Shown: positions 46,629 through 53,885 of the stretch, one piece after another
How positions within the stretch are numbered: the stretch's first letter is position 1
Layout: every line of letters starts with the position of its first letter
DNA from: Candidatus Fermentibacterota bacterium
Lineage (GTDB): Bacteria; JAFGKV01
DNA length: 64,000 nucleotides
NCBI GenBank assembly: GCA_016928395.1
Contig: JAFGKV010000186.1
Location: 599 to 64,598 of the forward strand
Direction of reading: 5' to 3'
Notes under the pieces: generated by a model
Seen by the model: the letters and a program-made list of their open reading frames with translations, nothing else
Told to the model about the DNA's origin: nothing
Databases searched by the model: none
Program-made: the position numbers and the translations under genes

Positions 46629-46659
46629 CTTTGCGCTCTTTGCGCTCTTTGCGCCTTTG
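46629..46659. repeat. 9-bp tandem repeat (CTTTGCGCT) x ~3.5.
   Basis: ctttgcgct ctttgcgct ctttgcgc ctttg read directly, in the spacer between the RES gene end and the relE start. Confidence 0.6.
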
Positions 46660-46839
46660 TCGTTGACCCTGAGCGCAGTCGAGGGGCGGGAGATTCCCGT
46701 TTCGGATTTCCCGCGTAGCAAGCCGACTCTTCCATTCGTTCCAACTCGCCGATTATCCGGCGCATTCCCCACGTCCCTATGCCGGCCCTGGAGTGCGGAA
46801 TGCAGGAATGCCAGGACAAGCGGAGTGGGGTGGCCTCCG

Positions 46840-47310
46840 TCAGCGCGGCTTCGTGAGGCGGGGGTCGAAGCGGAACTCGGCGGCGCCGCCGATCCCGATG
46901 CGGGCGAAATCCGAATGCGCCGGGTTCAGCAGGAAGTTGGTCTCCACACGGACAATGGCGCTCGGCACGGCCAGCACCGCCGACGTACGACGCCTGACCC
47001 ACTCCGTGCCCAGACGACGGGTCGATGCGGGGGGCGGATCATCGGCCCAGTCAGCAGGAAGGTCGGCTGATGCCACTCGGAGGCAGATGGATTCGTCGAA
47101 CGTGATGGGCACGCTCACGTACAGACTCAGAAACTCAGGCGTGCCCAAGTGGGCGAGCATCTCTAACGCCGCCAGCGACAAGGATCCCGCGGTGTACACC
47201 ATGCGGATGCCCCGCTGGTTCCACCGGCCCGGGTACAGTCGTGCACCTTCGCCGGCAAACGCCGCTTTCGCATGCCTCGATTGGACGATTCGCCATGCGG
47301 TGATCGTCAA
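46840..47310 (-). CDS. RES-domain toxin (ParT/MbcT-like).
   Basis: GRWNQRGIRMVYTAGSLSLAALEMLAHL contains the R-E-S residues in the expected context. TTG start at 47310 overlaps the antitoxin stop (TTGA); the longer ORF to 47430 would overlap the antitoxin. Confidence 0.75.
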   Translation of the reverse strand: MTITAWRIVQSRHAKAAFAGEGARLYPGRWNQRGIRMVYTAGSLSLAALEMLAHLGTPEFLSLYVSVPITFDESICLRVASADLPADWADDPPPASTRRLGTEWVRRRTSAVLAVPSAIVRVETNFLLNPAHSDFARIGIGGAAEFRFDPRLTKPR

Positions 47311-47636
47311 GAAAAGACCCCGTGCTCCAATCGTCCCAGCAAGTCCTCGACCTCCCTCGCGCCGACCTCGGTGTCGGCATGCTGGAGCGGCGTTTGCCCC
47401 CGTAGCGCTTTCTTCGGTGACTTGAGCCACTGTCGCGCCTGCTCCTCGCCTCCGAGTGCCGCCACGGCGCTGTCGAACAGCGTGGCGATGCGGTAGACCT
47501 TCTCGGACTCGAGCGCCCTGAGTCTCCCCTCCTGTTTGCGGCGCGCGAGCGTTCGCCGTGCGATCGATACGAGGTCAGCCAGCTCGTAGACCGTGAGCTG
47601 TAGCTCGCTGCACAGCTTCTCGAAGGCCGTGAACAT
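47307..47636 (-). CDS. Xre/MbcA/ParS-family antitoxin (HTH + DUF2384-like toxin-binding domain).
   Basis: HTH LTVYELADLVSIARRTLARR; C-terminal ...ARQWLKSPKKALRGQTPLQHADTEVGAREVEDLLGRLEHGV typical of DUF2384. Start chosen at M76 (47636); the tracked ORF extends to 47861. Confidence 0.7.
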   Translation of the reverse strand: MFTAFEKLCSELQLTVYELADLVSIARRTLARRKQEGRLRALESEKVYRIATLFDSAVAALGGEEQARQWLKSPKKALRGQTPLQHADTEVGAREVEDLLGRLEHGVFS

Positions 47637-48145
47637 GAACCCTCTCTTGATCTCTTCGATGGCCCGTGCGCTACTGGCAAGCCGAAGCCCCAGCGCACTA
47701 CACGGCGGTCTCCGCGATCGGCCTCGCAGGCGCAGAGCCGATGCGTCAACGGTGGCGAACCCATACTGGGTCCACCCGTACACCGAGCCTGGTTCGCGAA
47801 CGCGGGCGATCTCCTCTGGTGAAGTCGTGACCGCAGTGTCTCGGGTGCGTGAGCGGGGCATTCCTACCTCCTTATGCCATTATGCACTGGAAGATCCGCC
47901 AAATGGCATGCATTGTCAAGATGGAGAAGCACGACCAGCTCGCTGCCGCTACTTCTCGGTACGACACGGGAATCCAACGCGCCCGTCGGTGCGTGAGTGG
48001 CGGACACGGTGCGGAGCACACGCCATGTTCCACCGATGCCGTACGGCTCATCTGCCCGCGTCGCCTCGTCGAGTCGCCGGAGTGTTCTCCACGTCCGTAG
48101 GTACCGAGCGTGGCGAACTGCGAGTCAAGACAGCCCGTGCGGGCC

Positions 48146-48167
48146 ACTATTCTAAACTTAGAATAGT
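48146..48167. repeat. Second copy of the AT-rich palindrome: ACTATTCTAA-AC-TTAGAATAGT.
   Basis: Read directly; shares the CTATTCTA / TAGAATAG half-sites with 35930-35965. Located in the 730-bp divergent spacer between the Xre-RES and mazEF-like operons. Confidence 0.7.
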
Positions 48168-48317
48168 TCGTAGTGTAGCCGTGGAGTACCATGTCGCCAT
48201 GCTTCAGAGGGTTCGGAAGCCCTTTCTGGAGCGCTCTTTCGTTCAACAACCTGACACTTGCCAACGCCCCTAGACCGGCCTCGGTGTTTGTTCGCGAGAG
48301 AGGGTGGCAGGCACAGG

Positions 48318-48357
48318 ATATTCCATGCCCGGAATATTCCTGGCATGGAATATTGGC
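48318..48357. repeat. Array of three ATATTCC half-sites forming a ~36-bp near-perfect palindrome centred on GGAATATTCC.
   Basis: AGGATATTCCATGCCCGGAATATTCCTGGCATGGAATATTGG; 34/36 positions self-complementary when checked against its reverse complement. Confidence 0.7.
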
Positions 48358-48588
48358 TCTCGGCGCGTCGCCCGGCTGTCCGGAAAGCCTGTCCCTAGAC
48401 CGGGATGCCTCGCTATCCTTTGCGTCCTTGCCTGCTCTTCGTGAGATTCCCGTTTGGCTTCTTGCGCTTCCCGAGTAATGCGTTCAGGATTTCCCGCGCA
48501 GCACTGCGCGGTGGGCTTGACTGCAGCGTGCCTCAATCCCTTCTTGGCAGAAGTGATGTCAAGAGGACAAGGGGTAAAGGAGTAGGAG

Positions 48589-48843
48589 ATGGCAGAGGAG
48601 ATGGCAGAGGACACGGCGTTGGCGTACAGCAGGCTGTCCAGTAAGGGACAAGTCACCGTTCCTCTCAAGGTCCGGGAGGCGTTGGGATTGAAGGCTCGTG
48701 ACATAGTGGCGTACGAGGTCCGCCCTGACGGTGTGGTTTTGCGCAGGGCCGAACCATTCGATGTGGAGTTTTATCGTGCCCTCGCCTCCACGCTGGAGGA
48801 ATGGAACTCCCCGGAGGATGAAGAGGCATTCCGTGACCTGTGA
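48589..48843 (+). CDS. AbrB/MazE/SpoVT-family antitoxin.
   Basis: SKGQVTVPLKVREALGLKARDIVAYE is the swapped-hairpin AbrB/MazE signature. Confidence 0.75.
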   Translation: MAEEMAEDTALAYSRLSSKGQVTVPLKVREALGLKARDIVAYEVRPDGVVLRRAEPFDVEFYRALASTLEEWNSPEDEEAFRDL

Positions 48844-49168
48844 TCAGTGGGACGTGGTCGCTGTTCCGTTCCCGTTCTCGGAGTCATCGGGGGCGAAGCG
48901 ACGTCCTGCAGTGGTCCTCAGCGGGCGAACCTTCAACAATGCCGGCCACGTCGTACTCGCCATGGTGACCACACAGCAGCATCGCCCGTGGCCCGGTGAC
49001 ACGCCGGTTGCCGACATAGATCGGGCAGGCCTTCCGCGCCCGTGCATCGTTCGACTGAAGCTCTTCACGCTGGATGCGCGGCTGATTGCCCGGAGACTCG
49101 GCACGCTCGGTACGGATGACATCGCGGCAGTGCGAGCGAGCCTTCGCACATATCTCTCGTGCGATTGA
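48836..49168 (+). CDS. PemK/MazF-family toxin.
   Basis: WDVVAVPFPFSESSGAKRRPAVVLS...VLAMVTT matches the MazF/PemK/CcdB-fold consensus. GTG start overlaps the antitoxin stop (GTGACCTGTGA). Confidence 0.75.
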   Translation, partial: TCDQWDVVAVPFPFSESSGAKRRPAVVLSGRTFNNAGHVVLAMVTTQQHRPWPGDTPVADIDRAGLPRPCIVRLKLFTLDARLIARRLGTLGTDDIAAVRASLRTYLSCD

Positions 49169-49399
49169 GCCTCAACCAGCGCACGCCCTCCCCGGGGGGC
49201 GAACCACGCCATGTCTGGAGCACACGCGGTCCTGTCTCCGCTTCCGCGGCTCGATTCTGACTTCAGAACAGTGCCCGAGACCCCTCCATCCGACTCGGCT
49301 TCCGTCTGCTCTCCGTGTGGTCAGACTGCCTCCCCACGTTCCTTCGCGCAATCCCCGCGGCGAGCGCTGCGGACCGCTGCGGCGAGCGGGATTGGAGGA

Positions 49400-49505
49400 T
49401 GTCCGATCGATCATATCCATCACAGCCTTTAGTGAAGGTCTCTCTCGGAACGGGACAGGCTTCAAGGAAGAGCCTCGACCCAGGACCGTCAAGCCCGCCG
49501 GTTCA
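49400..49505. repeat. Copy B of the three-copy ~100-bp repeat family.
   Basis: GTCCGATCGATCATATCCATCACAGCCTTTAGTGAAGGTCTCTCTCGGAACGGGACAGGCTTCAAGGAAG...CCGTCAAGC. Confidence 0.6.
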
Positions 49506-49662
49506 GCTTCGCGCCCTCCGCGGAGCCCGGGGAAATCACGATTTTAGGACCACACACAGTGCCCAGGCATGCGCACTGGAGCGTCCAACTCACGCCGATG
49601 ATTCTGTCCAATGTGCAGCCGGTGGTGAACGTGGCGAACATGCCGTTGGGGCACCGTATGTC

Positions 49663-50388
49663 TCATCCGTCTTCTTCGCCGGTCTTGTCGGTACCTCTAG
49701 ACATCCGCAGAAAGACAACGGAGTTCGCATTCCTGAATGGGGTGTCGTACTTGCACGCGAGAGATTCAACGAGGTCCACCTCGACCCATTCATTGTCGCG
49801 GGAGATTCTCTTCAGGCACTCGACTGAGACCGTCTCACTGAGCACATCGGGCAGTTTCTGATCAAGATACTGGTTATACCCGACTGGTATTGTTACGAGC
49901 GCCTTCCCGTCAGGAGTGAGAAGGGCCTGGACCTTCCTCAGGGCGGTAATCACCGATTCCTGCTGTCTCGGCCTCTCATCCCATCCCACATGCTCTATGG
50001 TCGAGATGGATACGATGACGTCGAATCGCCGCCCCGGGCGGAACGCGAGGAGATCCTGGTTGAGTACCGGTCTGTACGTACATCGTTCCCATTTGTCGAT
50101 GACGGTATGACCTATGTCGAAGTAATGGGACAAGACGTTGCCGACTTCGAGAGTCGTGGAAGGAGATGCCTTTCCCAGGAATTCACGCACATATGGGATT
50201 TCGACGGCACGTTCATTTGCCCATGTATGGTTATATGGATGGAAGAAGTACGGGTATTCACGTCCGCCAAGATGGAAGGTCCGCGTCCGCAGCGGGTTGC
50301 GATGTTCGCGGATAGTCCAGCGGATGCGATCGCTGAAGCATCGACGCCACAGCTTGAACTCCATACTGGAATCGCGCAGAATGCTCAA
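49663..50388 (-). CDS. Methyltransferase-fold protein (class I SAM-MTase-like, 'type 11'-like), in a lower-GC region.
   Basis: FDVIVSISTIEHV (post-motif-II block) and a weak motif I (TLEVGNV). Region GC is ~53% versus ~67% in the flanks (hand-counted on four 60-nt lines). Confidence 0.55.
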   Translation of the reverse strand: MSILRDSSMEFKLWRRCFSDRIRWTIREHRNPLRTRTFHLGGREYPYFFHPYNHTWANERAVEIPYVREFLGKASPSTTLEVGNVLSHYFDIGHTVIDKWERCTYRPVLNQDLLAFRPGRRFDVIVSISTIEHVGWDERPRQQESVITALRKVQALLTPDGKALVTIPVGYNQYLDQKLPDVLSETVSVECLKRISRDNEWVEVDLVESLACKYDTPFRNANSVVFLRMSRGTDKTGEEDG

Positions 50389-50451
50389 CCGTGTCTCCCC
50401 ATCAGCCTCGAACCGCTGTTCCGTAAAGCCAGGTGCCGACGAAACGAATGC

Positions 50452-51441
50452 TCAACCCCCGTGGCAATACTTCTCGATCTCCTCTTCAGTCAAGGCGCGA
50501 TTGTAGACATAGACCTCATCTATCGTACCGCATGCATAGTGTTTCCCCCTCTCACCTGATCCGATCAGGAACGCGTCGGCTATGTCTGGAAGTCGCGCGG
50601 GAACTCCGTTGAGACTTCCGAATACCTGTCTGCCGTTGACGAAGACCCTCGCGAAGCCGTTATCAATGGTCATCGCATAATGATACCATTCATTCAGCTG
50701 GAAAGTGTGTGAGGGCACTTCGACATCAGTATGGCTGCCCGGATCATACAACGGATGCAGCTTCGGAGAGACCAACAGCCTATACGTGCAGCACTCAGCG
50801 GAACTGACAATCCCATCGTACTCGGCATGATCGGTAAGCCGAAACCAGGCCATGATCGTCATCTGATTGGTTGATGAGAATTCGTAGTGCCCGCTGACTT
50901 GGACATAGCTGCTGCGGCCGTTCAGTCTCAGCCCCTCCCCGTCCTTGCCTTCACCCCATTCTGCGCCAAAGACGGTGCTTGTATGCCCCTGCCCACTCTC
51001 GTCGTTCGCATCACCGTTCAAGGGAAGGTAGAGAAGGAGACCATCATGAGAGGCCCCTCCTGCCTGTGGAGACGCCGAAGCCTGACCGCGTTCCTTGGTT
51101 CTGAGATGAACATCGGTGATCGTTGTCTTGCCCGCCACAACGGCGATTCTGACGCGGGCCTCGGGGTGGCCATACTTGGCCACGATGACCACGTAGTGAC
51201 CGACAAGGACGTCGGCGATCGTGAAACTCCCGTTCTCGTCAGTCGTGACGGCGCTGGTAGGCGGGTCCGTACAGACGCTGGCGAGTGGGATGGCCGTCCC
51301 GTCTCGGGAGTCGATGGCTCTTCCGCTGATGATCCCTGTGGGAGGAACGGGTTCGGGAGGTGTTTCTACTGGCACACGCCCTGCAAACCGATGACATGCG
51401 AGCTGGCAAAGTAGCAACAACACTATCCAGGGTCTGTTCAT
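50452..51441 (-). CDS. Secreted protein: carboxypeptidase-regulatory-like domain followed by a LamG/concanavalin-A-like lectin domain.
   Basis: Signal peptide MNRPWIVLLLLCQLA. ISGRAIDSRDGTAIPLASV...ENGSFTI...YVVIVAKYG is CarboxypepD_reg-like. NGRSSYVQVSG...MTIMAWFRL...NEWYHYAMT...VFVNGRQV is the LamG pattern. Lower GC. Confidence 0.65.
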   Translation of the reverse strand: MNRPWIVLLLLCQLACHRFAGRVPVETPPEPVPPTGIISGRAIDSRDGTAIPLASVCTDPPTSAVTTDENGSFTIADVLVGHYVVIVAKYGHPEARVRIAVVAGKTTITDVHLRTKERGQASASPQAGGASHDGLLLYLPLNGDANDESGQGHTSTVFGAEWGEGKDGEGLRLNGRSSYVQVSGHYEFSSTNQMTIMAWFRLTDHAEYDGIVSSAECCTYRLLVSPKLHPLYDPGSHTDVEVPSHTFQLNEWYHYAMTIDNGFARVFVNGRQVFGSLNGVPARLPDIADAFLIGSGERGKHYACGTIDEVYVYNRALTEEEIEKYCHGG

Positions 51442-51837
51442 GAAATGATCCCTCCCTCCTTCGCTTCTCGTTGATCCGGGCCGCGGCCCACCCAACTATG
51501 GCTCCTGTGGATCCGAAGGGGATGCCGAGGTCGGAGGGTAGCCGCAGAACCCGCCCTCGGCGGACTGCGATGGTAGTGAATCTTCCTGTGAGCATTGCCT
51601 TCCGTCCTGCCATTATGGACTCGCCTGCATCTCATGCGTGCCCAGCCAGTCGCATCCGCCTCTGACCAGAAGCGCGCCAACCGTATTGGTGCCATGAGGA
51701 AACACACGGTCCTCGGCGCTCGGGGGCCAGTGGATTGGGCCGTGTCGGGATGCCGCGGCAGGCGGCCGGCCGTCGGACGTAGCGAAGGCGGTGAGGCGCG
51801 CTCGGTTGGTGTGTAGGGTCGCGGGCTGGTTGCCCAA

Positions 51838-51930
51838 GATCCGACCGTATCCATCACAGCCCCTGGTAAAGGTTCATCTCGGAACGGGATGAGACCAAAG
51901 AGCAACATTGACTCCGCACCGTCAACGCCG
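51838..51930. repeat. Copy C of the three-copy ~100-bp repeat family.
   Basis: GATCCGACCGTATCCATCACAGCCCCTGGTAAAGGTTCATCTCGGAACGGGATGAG...ACCGTCAACGCC. Confidence 0.6.
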
Positions 51931-52068
51931 CTGAGCTGACTCCGCAATGACCGCTCGGGATCTTCCCCGGGCATCATGGTCATGGGGGACACGTCACAGA
52001 CAGCATTTGTCCTATCACCGCTTCTTCCCTATCGAAGCGTCGGTTCTCCCCCTCTCGCTGCCGCACAC

Positions 52069-52132
52069 GGGCGTGTAGGGGCAAGGCTCTGACCTTGCCC
52101 ACGGGCGGAGTCAAAGCTCCGCCCCTACAAGG
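52069..52132. other. Nested-hairpin structure: outer stem GTAGGGG/CCCCTAC enclosing two adjacent perfect 8-bp hairpins. Possible small structured RNA or recombination site ~400 bp upstream of the tRNA.
   Basis: gtagggG-CAAGGctctgaCCTTGCCc-ac-GGGCGGAGtcaaagCTCCGCCC-ctac, read directly. Confidence 0.45.
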
Positions 52133-52535
52133 AGCGCGGCGGCAAGGTCCAGCATCGTGCGGCGGTGCATTCTTCACGCCGTACCTTTCTCGCCGCTTCG
52201 CCACCCATGCAAGGTGTTGCGGCAGGCCTGCGCACTCCACAGCCTGCCGGGTTCCAGTTGTCGGAGGAGATCGCGGGGATTCCGAGGGAACGCCCTCACC
52301 GGCGAGTCCAGACCATTTCGCGCCGGCGTCGACACCGCTTCGGCTCGTTCGCGCTTTGCAGCGTTCTGATCGGCCGGATCGCGCCTGTAGCGAACCGCAG
52401 ATTGGCGCCGCGCGGATAAGGCATACTCGATCGTGTGTCTACGCCGAGGGCGCGTGCTGACAGCCGCACGCACCGACCATCTTGACAGGACTGAGCCGGA
52501 TTACAACTTGTCAGGGTTTCCATAAGGTATCGACT

Positions 52536-52611
52536 GGGCGGGTAGCTCAGCTGGCAGAGCACCGGCGTCACAAGCCGGGGGCCACAGGTTCAAGCCCTGT
52601 TCCGCCCACCA
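52536..52611 (+). tRNA. tRNA-Val (anticodon CAC), 76 nt including encoded CCA.
   Basis: Cloverleaf folded by hand: acceptor GGGCGGG/TCCGCCC (G-U closing), D-arm GCTC-AGCTGGCA-GAGC, anticodon stem CCGGC/GCCGG with loop GTCACAA, T-arm ACAGG-TTCAAGC-CCTGT, discriminator A, CCA. Position 32 = G is unusual. Confidence 0.8.
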
Positions 52612-52679
52612 GTCTTGCAGTAGTCAGGCCTTTCGAGGGCCGGCTTCCCTCTCACGCGCCTAGTTAGGCATGCGGGCAC

Positions 52680-53393
52680 ATGGATGAAACCATAGAACTC
52701 CTGCTCAAGCTTCAGGAGATCGATTCTCTGGCGGACGAGCTGGAGAGGAAGAGGGCGCTGGTTCCCAAGCGTCGCGCTGAGCAGCAGGCGGTGCTGGATG
52801 CCGCAGTTGCCGCAGTGGCTGAGCACAAGGACCGGGTCAAGAAGAAGGAACTAGACAAGCGCGCCGCAGAGAACGAAGTCAAGGAGATCGAACAGACCAC
52901 GCTACGCTACCAGACCCAGCTCAATGCCGCCAAATCGAACGACGAATACCGGGCGCTGGTTGCCCAGATCCGGCGAGCCAAGGAACGGCAGAACGCCCTT
53001 GAGGACCGGGTCCTCGCCGCCATGGAAGAGATCGATCAAGTCGAGCGTGCGCTTGGCGAGGCAGAGGCCGCCCGAAAAGCCGCCCACCAGCAGTCTGCAG
53101 ACCGCGATCGTGAGCTCACTGCTCTGTCGGCCTCGCTGGGGGAGGGAATCCAGGCAAAGGCTATGGAGAGGAAGCGGGTCGCCTCGTCCCTCGATCCGGT
53201 GACCTTGCGCCGGTACGAGCGTATCCGGAGTGGCCAAGGCGCTCCTGCGGTAGCCGTGATTGATGGCTACATTTGCGGGGGTTGTCACGGCACTCTTCCG
53301 GCGCAGACTGTCAACGAGATCCGGAGAAGAGACAAGCTGTACACGTGCCAGTTCTGCGGCAGGATCGTAGTCACGCTCTCACCGCAGGACTAG
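52680..53393 (+). CDS. COG1579-type zinc-ribbon / coiled-coil protein.
   Basis: Long N-terminal coiled coil then the C-terminal YICGGCHGTLP...YTCQFCGRIV C4 zinc ribbon, the COG1579 hallmark. Confidence 0.8.
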   Translation: MDETIELLLKLQEIDSLADELERKRALVPKRRAEQQAVLDAAVAAVAEHKDRVKKKELDKRAAENEVKEIEQTTLRYQTQLNAAKSNDEYRALVAQIRRAKERQNALEDRVLAAMEEIDQVERALGEAEAARKAAHQQSADRDRELTALSASLGEGIQAKAMERKRVASSLDPVTLRRYERIRSGQGAPAVAVIDGYICGGCHGTLPAQTVNEIRRRDKLYTCQFCGRIVVTLSPQD

Positions 53394-53404
53394 GCTGGTT
53401 AGCC

Positions 53405-53885
53405 GTCAGGGACGGCCCCAGGCGATCGCCTCCCGGCAGCGCCGGGGGGAGGAAAGTCCGAGCTCCCCGGGGCAGGGTGCTTCGTAACGCGAAGGCCGGG
53501 TGACCGGCGGAAAGCGCCACAGAAAGTATACCGCCCCGCACCCAAAGGCTGCGGTGCCCCTGCACTGCAGCAGTCTGGTTTCTTTATCCGCCGCCTTTGG
53601 GTGCGGGGTAAGGGTGAAACGGTGAGGTAAGAGCTCACCGGTTCCGGAGGCGACTCCGGAAGCCGGGCAAGCCCCACCTGGAGCAAGGCCAAATAGGGAG
53701 GAATGAGCCGCCCCGACTCTCATCCTCCGGGTAGGCCGCGTGAGCCCGTCGGTGACGGCGGGCCCAGATGAATGATCGCCACCCCGCACCCACGAGCCGC
53801 GAAGGGGGAGCAGGCAATGCCCATGTTCCCGCTGCGCTGCTTGTGGGTGCGGGGAACAGAACTCGGCTTATGGGGCCGTCCCATG
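53405..53885 (+). ncRNA. rnpB: RNase P RNA, bacterial type A (rnpB), ~480 nt with an apparently elongated terminal hairpin before the P4 3' strand.
   Basis: Universally conserved blocks present: GGAGGAAAGTCCGAGCTCC (P4 5'), GGCAGGGTG, ACAGAAAGTATACCGCC, GGTAAGGGTGAAACGGTG-AGGTAAGAGCTCACC (P10-12), GCAAGGCCAAATAGGGAG, GATGAATGA, AACAGAACTCGGCTTAT (P4 3'). P1 pairing GGGACGGCCCC (53408) with GGGGCCGTCCC (53872-53882). Confidence 0.85.

Noticed and set aside
47593-48273. 226-aa plus-strand ORF spanning the Xre start region and the TA divergent spacer.
   Set aside because: It overlaps the Xre antitoxin gene on the opposite strand, has no motifs, and carries the palindromic operator-like elements inside it. 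It is more plausibly regulatory DNA.
41600-52611. Classical tRNA-integrated genomic island with integrase and attL/attR.
   Set aside because: No tyrosine or serine recombinase motif was found in any frame of the island. The island lies 5' of the plus-strand tRNA rather than 3'. I could not find a direct repeat of the tRNA 3' end, by eye only. It is reported instead as an accessory region of unclear origin.
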